From positions 3,870 to 67,869 of the forward strand of contig CADCLU010000003.1 of NCBI GenBank assembly GCA_902802355.1: a stretch of 64,000 nt of DNA, given 5' to 3'. The notes under the pieces are model-generated. The model saw only the letters and a list, made by a program, of their open reading frames with translations. It was not told the DNA's origin and searched no databases. Of this stretch, positions 19,036-28,516 are shown in pieces (position 1 is the stretch's first letter; each line of letters opens with the position of its first letter). A program made the position numbers and the translations under genes. The DNA is from an uncultured Erysipelotrichaceae bacterium (lineage in GTDB: Bacteria > Bacillota_I > Bacilli_A > RFN20 > CAG-826).

Positions 19036-19902
19036 TTAGGAAAGTTGAGCAATTGATGAGGCGGCCTCAGTGTCCATTTCCGAGCGGGCGTCTGCTAAGT
19101 CCGGATAGATGTATTTCACGTTGTTCCAGTTATAGGTGGACGTCTTGATCATCTGTGGGTTCCTGATGTCGTAGCGTTTCACGAGATACTGATCGAAGAC
19201 GGCGGTCACTGACTTCTCCTCGCCATGGCCATAGGTAACGACGAACATGTCGAGGTTGCCTTCGCCTAAGGATGAGTATTTTGAGTCTTTGACGTACACG
19301 TCATGATTAGCATAGAGCGACTTAAGGAACTCATCGCATTCCGTAGCGACCTTGGAGATGTTCTTGCTATAGCGGTCACCCATGTTTTCATTCATCTTGG
19401 TCTCCCAGAATGAGAGAGCGCTCTCCCCTATCACTTCATTGAATTCGAGGATCTCTTTGCTATGAGGGTTTGGGAGAGAAACGCTTTCGTCTGAGACCCA
19501 ATCAACCTCTTTTGAGATATAGGTGATGAAGGTTTTCTCAGTAGCCGCAGGATCGAGATAGTAATACTCGTCGATGGTTTCTGTTTCAGTGACCTTGTAT
19601 GTTCCTGTCGTATCACTCACATCCCTGCTACCGGTCTTGGTGATGGTCTTGCAGTGCATGTAGTGATATTTCGAGGTCTTCGCGTAGGAGTAATTGACAT
19701 CGACCTCACGCGGAGTGGATTCGGTATAAGTGACGTGTTCGCTGTAACTGTAGGTCTCTGGAACTTCGAAATCGCCTTCCGAGACGCGGAGGACGATCTT
19801 ATCGAGGAGCTCAGTCGCTTCATCGCGGCTAAGGCTCATGGCGCAGGAGAAAAGAAGGACGCTTGTTCCAAGAAGGGTAAAAAGGGCCTTATTCTTCCTC
19901 AT
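19036..19902 (-). CDS. Hypothetical lipoprotein
   Basis: Lipobox LLFSCAMS. No recognised domain. Confidence 0.5.
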   Translation of the reverse strand: MRKNKALFTLLGTSVLLFSCAMSLSRDEATELLDKIVLRVSEGDFEVPETYSYSEHVTYTESTPREVDVNYSYAKTSKYHYMHCKTITKTGSRDVSDTTGTYKVTETETIDEYYYLDPAATEKTFITYISKEVDWVSDESVSLPNPHSKEILEFNEVIGESALSFWETKMNENMGDRYSKNISKVATECDEFLKSLYANHDVYVKDSKYSSLGEGNLDMFVVTYGHGEEKSVTAVFDQYLVKRYDIRNPQMIKTSTYNWNNVKYIYPDLADARSEMDTEAASSIAQLS

Positions 19903-19910
19903 GTGCCTAA

Positions 19911-20498
19911 TTATATTGATTTATCGGATAGAAGACTATCTGTAATGTTGTCGTTTTTAATCGAAACGTTATGGCTCGCTAAAGCGGCTTTAGTCTCATC
20001 GAGGGTGTTGAAGAAGGTCCAAGTGAGGCTATAGAAGAAGGTGGAAGTGAAATCCATGATGTTCTGGGAGGCGAGATTAAGATCATCGCCTTTGTCGGAA
20101 GATTCCACGAACTGGGAAAGAGCCACATTGAAATCACCCCAGTATTTAGGATCGAGGTTGCGGTTCTTGATCGCGTCCACCAAAACGAGGAGCAAGGATT
20201 CCTGAAGGCTATGCGTCTCTAGGCCATCGCTTCTTGTGTCATCGGTGCCGGTCTCTTTGACGATGGCGCGGGCGATAAGGTAATCGAAAAGAAATTCGAT
20301 GAGGTCATTCGTGTTCTCGCTCCAAGCCCAGTCGCTGTGGTAACCGGTTTCGTCTTTATAGATGTAATACAAAAACTTGGTGTTCTCCCCTATCGGCTCT
20401 TTCTGAAGGTCGGACCTGTGGCTGAAACGGGATGGGATTGGTTTCTCACCAACGATTTTGATGAGTTCGTTATCGAAAAGCGTATCAAGTTTGCTCAT
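19911..20498 (-). CDS. Hypothetical protein (195 aa)
   Basis: Complete ORF with coding-like composition. No recognised motif. No clear SD. Confidence 0.4.
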   Translation of the reverse strand: MSKLDTLFDNELIKIVGEKPIPSRFSHRSDLQKEPIGENTKFLYYIYKDETGYHSDWAWSENTNDLIEFLFDYLIARAIVKETGTDDTRSDGLETHSLQESLLLVLVDAIKNRNLDPKYWGDFNVALSQFVESSDKGDDLNLASQNIMDFTSTFFYSLTWTFFNTLDETKAALASHNVSIKNDNITDSLLSDKSI

Positions 20499-20541
20499 AG
20501 CGGTTTCATAGTAGTACCTTCATTGCCTTGAGGCAAGAGAA

Positions 20542-21105
20542 GTGAAATTGATTCTCGGAGGGAACATCGTTACAATTACCCTCATGGAAAGCAAGTTCTA
20601 TCTACGAATCCCAGGACCATCCTTCTATGAGAACCCTTATGAGAGGGAGTCTATTTGCTATTCCTTTGATCTTACTAAGGGAGTCCTCGATATCGAAAAG
20701 AGAATACTCGCTTCGAAATCGTTCAAGACAATGAAAGATGAGAAGACCATCCCTGAGAATCTTCTTTCCAAACTCAAAACCCTTCTTAGCGAGAAACACC
20801 TATTCGTTTCCAAATGCATGGAATCATATGTCCCTGCTGATGGAAAAAGATTCCTCCATTCCGTGTTCAGCTATGGAGAGAAAAAGATCCTCTACCCTGA
20901 CTATCTCAACAACTTCGGAAGCAATGACATCTTCGTAAGGTATGAGTTCTATCCGGAGAGGGAAAGGGTTAGCTTATACGCCTTCATCAGAGAACTTATG
21001 AAGACCGCATTTGAGATCGATGGCTATCCTGAAAAGGAATTCCCAACCTCAAACAAAATCCCCGTCATCTTAAGAAGAATGGACGAGGATATCTCACTCG
21101 AATAA
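20542..21105 (+). CDS. Hypothetical protein (187 aa; GTG start, alternative ATG at 20584)
   Basis: Complete ORF. GAGG 8 nt upstream of the GTG. Followed by a bidirectional terminator at 21108-21146. Confidence 0.4.
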   Translation: MKLILGGNIVTITLMESKFYLRIPGPSFYENPYERESICYSFDLTKGVLDIEKRILASKSFKTMKDEKTIPENLLSKLKTLLSEKHLFVSKCMESYVPADGKRFLHSVFSYGEKKILYPDYLNNFGSNDIFVRYEFYPERERVSLYAFIRELMKTAFEIDGYPEKEFPTSNKIPVILRRMDEDISLE

Positions 21106-21107
21106 CA

Positions 21108-21146
21108 AAAAATCCGTGGCAAATCGTCCACGGATTTATTTTTTAC
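21108..21146. terminator. Bidirectional rho-independent terminator (ATCCGTGG/CCACGGAT hairpin) shared by convergent genes
   Basis: 8-bp stem with an A-tract on one side and a T-tract on the other. The stop codon of the giant helicase lies within the T-tract. Confidence 0.65.
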
Positions 21147-24100
21147 CTGATTCCGACCTGTTCTTCGCCGATCATGTATAAACCGTTCCTTCTCGAACAG
21201 TTCCACTTGATGGCGTTCCTCACATAGTCGTAGCTCGTTTTCTTTAGTAAAGCGTATCCCAAAGCGAGGTTCACCTCATGGCAAAGGTCGTCTAAGCTCA
21301 TCGTTCCCTGATTGGTGATGAGGTCGGCCGCGCAGTTGCCGATCTCGATGTAAGAGATATCGACAAGCCTACGGCAATCGCCTTCCTCGGTCTTTCTCCA
21401 GAAACGGTTGTTGTTCATATCGACACTACGTGGGTAATAGAAGTTATGACCGCCGCAGCATTCGATGAGGACTTTGACGTTATTTAGGGCGAGGGTGAAT
21501 TTGCTTCTCACGACAGAGCCGATTCTTCCAAGTCCGAAGGTCTCTCTGAATCTTGATTCAAGGAGCTCCTGGGAGATTGGGTATTCGGTGCCGATAGTCT
21601 CAATGAAGAAGGCAAACATATCACCTTCGTTCATCGCGTTCGAACCATGTTCTGGTACATATTCGGCACGAGTGTATGGCTTCTTGTTTGGAGCGGCGTC
21701 CACCGCTTTCTTGACGAAGAGAGGGTCTTTGTCGTTGGTGATCGCCTCATAGAGGCTTTCCCCGTTCAAAGAACGGTTGAAGGCGTTCACGATATCCTTA
21801 AGGACCTCGTCTCTATGATCGAGATACTCAACCGAGTAGATGTGATGGATGTTCCACCTAAGTCTATTGAGGACGAATGGCTCATTGATATGCCTATCAC
21901 GGCAGGTCAAAGAAGCGTTCTTCGTGTTGTCGATGATGACACCGAGGACATATTCGTCTGGTTTGTTCTTCTCAGAGATGGCGAGGTCGATCTTGAAGGT
22001 CGAAGCGCCAAGATTCTCTTTGACGACATAGCCAAGAGCCTCAAGGTCTTTCTTTAAGAAAGTCGCAATTGAGGTAGCCTCATCGCCCATCTCATTCTGG
22101 TTTCTGTTGGCCAAGGAGGATAAGCCGTTCTTAGCGAAATATAAGAAGTCACGGAGATAGGACGCGCCCATGTTTTTAGCACGTTCGGCCTGAATCTCCT
22201 CTGGCTTCATGCTGGAGAAGACGATCATCTCTTCTCTGGCACGACTGACGGCGACGTTAAGTCTTCTCTCGCCTTTCTTCTGGGAGAGAGGGCCGAAGTT
22301 GAGGGAAAGACCGTTCTTCTTATCAGGTCCATAGGTGGTGCTGAAAAGGACAACATCCCTTTCGTCACCTTGGACGTTCTCAAGGTTCTTGATGAAGATC
22401 TTCTCCCCTCCTGGAAGAGGATCGAGGAACTCATTCTTTGAGAGCTCTCTTTCGAGCATATCTTCAATAAGGTTCTGCTGGGCTTCGTTGAAGGTGACGA
22501 CACCGATGGAACGATGCCTGAGTTTCTCATCTTTGAGTCGACGAATGACTTCTTTGACGACTTCCTGGGCTTCTGGTTTGTTGATGCCTCTGCCTCTTTC
22601 GTAAGCGCCGTTGATGTAACGGTAGGAGACGGATTCCTCTTCTGCCACAGGGGATGGGAAGGTAAGGAGGCTATTGCCGTAGAAGCGATTGTTGCTGAAA
22701 GCAATGAGGGACTCATGACGGCTTCTGTAGTGCCAGTTGAGCCTTTCACGAGGGAAAGAAAGCGATATTGCGTCATCAAGCAAGGACTCAAGGTCTTCAT
22801 CAACTGAGCTAAGTGAAGCGAGATTGTCTTCGCCTAAGCCTAATGCGGACACGAAGAAGTTGGTCGGAGGCATTTGCTGCTCATCACCAGCGATGATGAC
22901 GGAGTCGGCTCTCGCCATCGCTCCAACGGCTTCGGAGGTTGGGATCTGTGAGGCCTCATCAAAGATGACCACATCGAAGTGATACTTCTCGATGTTGAGA
23001 TATTGAGCGACCGCGACAGGCGACATGAGGAAGCATGGCGTAAGCGTCATGACGAGGTCTTTGAACTCATCAAAGATGTAACGGAGAGAGGCTCCCCTGC
23101 CACCGTTCTTGGCGAGTTTGGTGAGCTTATAGGCATTCGTGCTCGAAGCAAATGACTCTGCGTTCTTTGGATACTTCTCAGTGATTGAAGCTGCGACGAC
23201 ATTGACGGCTAAGCTTTGGATCTTGGCCATCTCCTCACGGTAGGACTTCACAAGATCTTCGGTGCTTGATGCACTTAAAGTGGAGAGGTCTCTTTCGATG
23301 AGGACACGTCTGAGATAGGAGAGATAGAGATCCGCTTTGAAAGAAGGGATGAGATTCTCTTCTGGGATCTTGCCTTCGAGATAGGCTTTGAAGAAGTTAG
23401 GATCAACCGCTTTCTCCATGCGGTCGAGGTAGGTCAAGAGGTTGCACCACTCAGAGAGACGACCGCTAGATGCGCAGGCATCCTGGATTTTGCCTCCGAG
23501 GTATTTGAAATAGTCATGCTGATCCGGATACTGATTGAGGTCGAATCCGAAGCGGTCCATGAGGTCTTTCTTCTTGTCGCTGAAGATAGCGAACATCTTC
23601 TTGAGCTTGGAGTTGGAGTCGCTATAGATGGTGCCTCTAGCAGCGCTTGAGATATAACTTGCAAAGGCTTCTCCGTTATCGTGCTTGAACTCCATCTTCT
23701 GGATGTTCGTGGCGATATCCAAAGTGGTCTCAAGTTCGGTGAGACGCTGAGCGCTTTCTGAAGCATTAGAGAAATCGTATTCGCCTAAGACGAAGCGGGA
23801 ATATGAATCGCATTTTTTCACATTTTCCTCGTCAAAATACGCTTCTTTTAATAAATCGAGGGACTTTTTGAGGCCATCTCCTTTGAGAGCGTTCTTGTCG
23901 TGGAGGAATGGTTTGAGCCTGCCTCTAAGTTTGTTAAGGGCGAAGAACTTTTTAATGAAGTTAAGCTTATTTGCCTCTTCGTATTCGCTTTCAAGCTGGA
24001 GAGGGTCGAAGGAGGTGTACACGTCGTCGATGAAGTTGATGGCCACCGCCGCTTTATCCTCGGCGAGTTTAATTTTCGCTTTCGCAAGAGCGCGAAGCTT

Positions 24101-26980
24101 ATCAGCATTCTCAAGGAAGGTCGAATCAAGGAAGTACTTGGACCAGGTTGGGATTTCGCTTTGGAGGTCGCTCATGATGTTGAGATAAGCCTCAACGTTC
24201 TTTGCGGACTCATAGAGTGAGCCTTCTTTGAAGAAAGCGTTATACGTGGCAAGTTCCATATCCTTGCAGATATCGACGAGCTCATCGAGTTCAGCGAAGA
24301 CTTTGTTTCTGTAATCGAAGGTGTAGTCCCTCTTCTGGAAACCGATGAATGGGCTTCTCAGATATGAGGTGAATGGCTTGACGAAAGAAACATAAGCGGA
24401 GATTTCGTTCAAGGTCTCAAGATACTTCTGAGGGGTGAGGGATTCGAAATAGCTTGGCTCAATCCTTGTGCCGGTTTTGTATTCCTCATTCTCGAGGTAT
24501 CCGACGATGGCGTCGTAAGGCGAGATGAAATATGAGCCTTTCTCGTGGAGGGATTCGATGATGTTATTGAGTTCCTTCCTCTTCTCCATGATGGAGTCGC
24601 TTAAGGAACGGTAATTGTCGACGCTCTCAAGAGGGCCCATAGCAAGGAGTTTGGAGTAGATCGAAAGGATCTCGCTCTTAGGTTTGTTTAAGGAGGCGAT
24701 TTCTAAGCAGAACTGGCCTAAATGGAGGTCATCAAGCCTTCTCTTAACGACATCAAGGGCGACTTCCTTCTCGGCGACGAAGAGAACCTTTTTGCCATGG
24801 TAAAGGAAGTTCGTGATCATGTTGGCGATGGTCTGGGATTTGCCAGTGCCTGGCGGGCCATCGAGGATGAAGGATTCGCCTTCCTCGGCATCGACGATGG
24901 CTTTGATTTGGCTGGAGTCGGCTGGGAGGGCGGTTGCAATATCGCGAGGGTTGATTCTCTCATCCATCTCATTGGCCGGGATGAGATTCTCGGTGTCGTT
25001 CCACTTCTTCTCGCCATAGACGAAAGAGGCAACGAGCTTGTTGTTCATCACCTTGTTGCGGTGATTCTTAAGGTCGCTCCACATGACGAAGTGGGAGAAG
25101 TTGAATAAGGAAAGTACGCTTCTGTTCTCAAAGAGAAGCCAGTTCTTCATTGGGGCGATGATGTTCCTGATCTCGTTATAGATGAGACGGACATCGACCT
25201 GGCCATTAGCGAGTCTTGGAAGAGGATAAAGTTTCGAGAAATCAAGGCCATAGTTCTGTTTGAGGTATTGGAAGAAGGTGCTGTTAAGTCCGATGTCGTC
25301 GAAATCGTAATCGAGCGTATAGAATGGGCCATTCTTTCTTCTTGGCATCTTTCCTTCCAGAAGGAAGATTGGGGCGTACATGGCGCCCGTGCCTCTTTCG
25401 GCCGCTTTATCGTTGTCGTACCAACGGATCTCACCGAGAGTGAGGAAGAGAGGGTTGCATCCGCTTTCCTCGATGCTGGTGTTGCTCTTTCTGGCTAAAG
25501 CTTTCAAAGCCTCGTCTGGGTCATCGCTCTTATTGACGGTGGTGAGCATGGCTTTCGAATAGTTCTCTTTGATGGTTGGGCCATAGACTTTCTCGTCGAA
25601 GGAGAGAGGCTGTTTCTTCGCGGTGTCGCTTAACTTGAGTGCAGCAGGGACAAGGCTCACCTTCTCATTCTTCGAAAGGAAGGAAAGATATTCGACTGGG
25701 TCCACCACTTCGATCTCGATGCCACGGAGTCCGCCTTTGTAGTTGATGAGGCGGTTACGGAGATTGAGATCAAGGAGTTTGTCTTCCCAATAGTCGTAGC
25801 GGTTTTTGGCTCCTTTGGCATCCTCTGGGAGGAAGCGTCTATTGGTCACATCAATGTTCGGCAAAGCATAATCCATGCTGGAAATGCTAGGGAAATCGAA
25901 ATAAATGGTGCCATCTTCCTTCTCTTTTTTGGTTGGGACAGGAAGGATCCATTCCTTGCGGCACATCTTGATGTCGAGGGCGTAAGCAAACTTCTTCTCT
26001 TTCTCGAGGAAGTCTTTGGCGTCCGCCATGGCCTTATCGAAGGTGATTTCGTTGCCTTCGGTGAAGTCGACGACGTTGATGAGGGCAAGATGGTTGAAGC
26101 CTTCGGAGGCGTTGTTTAACAGGGTCTGGAGATTGTCTTCTTTGCTCGTTGGGAAAGAGAGTTCCTCAAGCCAGCAGCCCACAAGAGCGTGGCTATGTGT
26201 GACGATAAGAATTGGTCTTAATCCGACATTCTCTAAAAGAGAGCAGAAAAGGAGAGAGGTATCTAAGCAATTGCCGACCCTTTCCTCGATGACTTCGTGA
26301 GGGAGCCTAACACGCTGGAAGACTTTCTCAAAGGAAGCTGGGGTTGTGCTATAGCGGATACCGCTTTGCTGGCAGGCAAGATAGAGAGCGTCGATATCCT
26401 CAAGGACGGCGTTAGGGTCATGGGACTGGTAATCGTCGAACGCGCTGTTATCGTATTTGTCTTTCTTGATGGCAGCGGCTTTTGCGGCGAGGTTCTTAAC
26501 AAGAGGGTCATTCGGAGTGACGAAAGAGGCGAGAATCTCATCGATCCATTCCGAGGATGCGCTTTCCTCGATTGGGAGGAAACGGATATCGACGGATGAT
26601 GTTGCAAGCATCTCCCCTGTTTCGCTGGTGATCGTGGCAACGAGGGAGCCTGGCATGGCTTCATTGAGCGAATAGAGCTTGAGAGGGTCTAAAGTGATCT
26701 TGAAAGAATCGACGATGGTCTCTTTTTTCTTCTCGAGGCAGGTGATTCTTATTGGCTGGATCTCAAAGAATTCGGGATTGGCCTTGAAGGAAAGGCGGAC
26801 GTCCCTAGCGTCCTCATCCGTGTCGTTTTTGATGATGATCTGACGGAGGAAGGAAAAAGAATTCTGCTTGCCGCCTAGGGCCTCCTTAAGGAGACTCTCG
26901 GCCTGATAGTTCACATAGTTGACGCTTTTGCTTGAGTCGATTCTCAAAGAAAAGCCAAGGTTCTCTAATTCGTTGCTCAT
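21143..26980 (-). CDS. Giant (1946 aa) SF1 Upf1/DNA2-like helicase with a large N-terminal domain and a C-terminal putative endonuclease-like domain (DUF4011/AAA_11/AAA_12/DUF3320/DUF559-like architecture, assigned from memory)
   Basis: Walker A ILDGPPGTGKSQTIANMI, motif II VIFDEASQ, VTFNEAQQ, LNVAVSRAREEMIVF. Start moved to MSNELENLG (26980). The longer ORF runs in another frame through proS and past its terminator. Confidence 0.8.
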   Translation of the reverse strand: MSNELENLGFSLRIDSSKSVNYVNYQAESLLKEALGGKQNSFSFLRQIIIKNDTDEDARDVRLSFKANPEFFEIQPIRITCLEKKKETIVDSFKITLDPLKLYSLNEAMPGSLVATITSETGEMLATSSVDIRFLPIEESASSEWIDEILASFVTPNDPLVKNLAAKAAAIKKDKYDNSAFDDYQSHDPNAVLEDIDALYLACQQSGIRYSTTPASFEKVFQRVRLPHEVIEERVGNCLDTSLLFCSLLENVGLRPILIVTHSHALVGCWLEELSFPTSKEDNLQTLLNNASEGFNHLALINVVDFTEGNEITFDKAMADAKDFLEKEKKFAYALDIKMCRKEWILPVPTKKEKEDGTIYFDFPSISSMDYALPNIDVTNRRFLPEDAKGAKNRYDYWEDKLLDLNLRNRLINYKGGLRGIEIEVVDPVEYLSFLSKNEKVSLVPAALKLSDTAKKQPLSFDEKVYGPTIKENYSKAMLTTVNKSDDPDEALKALARKSNTSIEESGCNPLFLTLGEIRWYDNDKAAERGTGAMYAPIFLLEGKMPRRKNGPFYTLDYDFDDIGLNSTFFQYLKQNYGLDFSKLYPLPRLANGQVDVRLIYNEIRNIIAPMKNWLLFENRSVLSLFNFSHFVMWSDLKNHRNKVMNNKLVASFVYGEKKWNDTENLIPANEMDERINPRDIATALPADSSQIKAIVDAEEGESFILDGPPGTGKSQTIANMITNFLYHGKKVLFVAEKEVALDVVKRRLDDLHLGQFCLEIASLNKPKSEILSIYSKLLAMGPLESVDNYRSLSDSIMEKRKELNNIIESLHEKGSYFISPYDAIVGYLENEEYKTGTRIEPSYFESLTPQKYLETLNEISAYVSFVKPFTSYLRSPFIGFQKRDYTFDYRNKVFAELDELVDICKDMELATYNAFFKEGSLYESAKNVEAYLNIMSDLQSEIPTWSKYFLDSTFLENADKLRALAKAKIKLAEDKAAVAINFIDDVYTSFDPLQLESEYEEANKLNFIKKFFALNKLRGRLKPFLHDKNALKGDGLKKSLDLLKEAYFDEENVKKCDSYSRFVLGEYDFSNASESAQRLTELETTLDIATNIQKMEFKHDNGEAFASYISSAARGTIYSDSNSKLKKMFAIFSDKKKDLMDRFGFDLNQYPDQHDYFKYLGGKIQDACASSGRLSEWCNLLTYLDRMEKAVDPNFFKAYLEGKIPEENLIPSFKADLYLSYLRRVLIERDLSTLSASSTEDLVKSYREEMAKIQSLAVNVVAASITEKYPKNAESFASSTNAYKLTKLAKNGGRGASLRYIFDEFKDLVMTLTPCFLMSPVAVAQYLNIEKYHFDVVIFDEASQIPTSEAVGAMARADSVIIAGDEQQMPPTNFFVSALGLGEDNLASLSSVDEDLESLLDDAISLSFPRERLNWHYRSRHESLIAFSNNRFYGNSLLTFPSPVAEEESVSYRYINGAYERGRGINKPEAQEVVKEVIRRLKDEKLRHRSIGVVTFNEAQQNLIEDMLERELSKNEFLDPLPGGEKIFIKNLENVQGDERDVVLFSTTYGPDKKNGLSLNFGPLSQKKGERRLNVAVSRAREEMIVFSSMKPEEIQAERAKNMGASYLRDFLYFAKNGLSSLANRNQNEMGDEATSIATFLKKDLEALGYVVKENLGASTFKIDLAISEKNKPDEYVLGVIIDNTKNASLTCRDRHINEPFVLNRLRWNIHHIYSVEYLDHRDEVLKDIVNAFNRSLNGESLYEAITNDKDPLFVKKAVDAAPNKKPYTRAEYVPEHGSNAMNEGDMFAFFIETIGTEYPISQELLESRFRETFGLGRIGSVVRSKFTLALNNVKVLIECCGGHNFYYPRSVDMNNNRFWRKTEEGDCRRLVDISYIEIGNCAADLITNQGTMSLDDLCHEVNLALGYALLKKTSYDYVRNAIKWNCSRRNGLYMIGEEQVGIR

Positions 26981-27010
26981 AGGAAAATTGTAGAACGATT
27001 TGCGTACGCG

Positions 27011-27046
27011 GACAAACAAAAAAGCCTCCTTTTTAAAAGGGGGCTT
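27011..27046 (-). terminator. Rho-independent terminator of proS
   Basis: AAGCCCCC-loop-GGAGGCTT hairpin followed by TTTTGTTTG on the minus strand. Confidence 0.65.
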
Positions 27047-27065
27047 TAAGTCTAAATCTTGTCGA

Positions 27066-28508
27066 TTAATAAGCTCTAGCGAAATAGGCGAGAATACGGG
27101 CCTTTTTGCCGGTGACTGGATCAAGGAGATCGGTGTCTTCAGGAAGCTCTTCGGCGATGCAGCGGGCGGTTCCGCCTTTGGTGAGCTCTTTGATCTTGAC
27201 CTCACTCTCTGGGGTTCCGTCATAAGCCATGAGGGCATAGCCGCCAACATTATTGAGAGCGGCGTTAAGCTCATCGAGGTTATTGACCTTGGTGATGTGC
27301 TCGTCGCGGTACTTGAGGGCTTTCTGATACATGTCGTTATGAATCTCATCGAGGAGAGGAGCGCAGAGCTTCTCGATCTCTTTGATTGGGAGGACTTTCT
27401 TCTCACCGTTCACACGCTTGGTGAGGACGGCTTCGCCATTGGCGAGATCCCTTGGTCCGACTTCGATGCGGAGTGGGACGCCTTTCATCTCATACTGGGC
27501 GAACTTCCAGCCTGGGGTTCTCGTATCATCGTCATCGAGTTTGACTCTGATGCCCTGGCTCTTGAGTGCGTCATAGATCTCGTGGCAGGCATCAAGGACG
27601 CCTTCCGCTTGCATCTTGATTGGGACGATGACGACCTGGGTTGGGGCAACGCGTGGAGGGAGGACAAGACCATTGTCGTCGCCATGGACCATGATGATGG
27701 CGCCAAGAAGTCTCGTGGAAACGCCCCAAGAGGTCTGGTGTGGGGTCTCAAGTTTGTTCTGTCTTCCGAGGTAATGAATTCCATAAGCCTCAGCAAATCC
27801 CTGTCCTAAATAGTGGGAAGTACCACTTTGGAGGGCCTTTCCATCCGGCATGAGAGCCTCGATGGTGTAGGTTGCTATGGCACCTGCGAATTTCTCGTTT
27901 TCGGTCTTCTTGCCTTTGAGGAATGGGATGGCTAAGAGATCGCGTCCAAGGTCATCGTAAATGTCGAGGGCCTTCTTGACGTTGTCTCTCGCTTCTTCTT
28001 CGGTCTCGAATAAGCAGTGTCCTTCCTGCCAAAGGAATTCAGAGCCACGGAGGAATGGGCGGGTGGTCTTCTCCCAGCGGACGACTGAGCACCACTGGTT
28101 GAAGGAAATCGGGAGGTCTCTATAAGAGGAGACGATCTGTTTGTAGAGGTCGCTGAAGAGGATCTCGGAGGTTGGACGGATGACAAGAGGGTCTTCAAGC
28201 TGCTTGGCTCCGCCAATGGTGGCGATGAGGGCCTCTGGAGCGAAGCCTTCGACATGCTCTTTCTCTTTGTTGAACATGCTCATCGGGATGACGAGAGGGA
28301 GATAGACGTTTTTGGCGCCAAGCTCGTTCTTGATGCGTTTATTGAAATAGTTCTGGATCTCTTCCCAGATGGCGTATGAGTAAGGCAAATAGTTGATGAA
28401 GCCTTTGACGGAGGCATAGTTCATGAGCTCCGCTTTGCGGACGACGTCCGTATACCATTGGGCAAAGTCCTGAGATTGCGATGTGATTGCGTTGTTTTTG
28501 TTTTCCAT
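27066..28508 (-). CDS. proS: Proline--tRNA ligase (archaeal/eukaryotic-type class II, 480 aa)
   Basis: Short-form ProRS lacking the bacterial insertion domain. Class II motifs. C-terminal zinc-binding-like end. Confidence 0.85.
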   Translation of the reverse strand: MENKNNAITSQSQDFAQWYTDVVRKAELMNYASVKGFINYLPYSYAIWEEIQNYFNKRIKNELGAKNVYLPLVIPMSMFNKEKEHVEGFAPEALIATIGGAKQLEDPLVIRPTSEILFSDLYKQIVSSYRDLPISFNQWCSVVRWEKTTRPFLRGSEFLWQEGHCLFETEEEARDNVKKALDIYDDLGRDLLAIPFLKGKKTENEKFAGAIATYTIEALMPDGKALQSGTSHYLGQGFAEAYGIHYLGRQNKLETPHQTSWGVSTRLLGAIIMVHGDDNGLVLPPRVAPTQVVIVPIKMQAEGVLDACHEIYDALKSQGIRVKLDDDDTRTPGWKFAQYEMKGVPLRIEVGPRDLANGEAVLTKRVNGEKKVLPIKEIEKLCAPLLDEIHNDMYQKALKYRDEHITKVNNLDELNAALNNVGGYALMAYDGTPESEVKIKELTKGGTARCIAEELPEDTDLLDPVTGKKARILAYFARAY

Positions 28509-28516
28509 GTTGATGA

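Noticed and set aside
26981-27406. N-terminal 142-aa Ser/Arg-rich extension of the giant helicase ORF (ORF track start 27406)
   Set aside because: It is read through the proS coding region in another frame and across the proS terminator. Its composition is low-complexity and non-protein-like. The internal ATG at 26980 (MSNELENLG) is taken as the true start.
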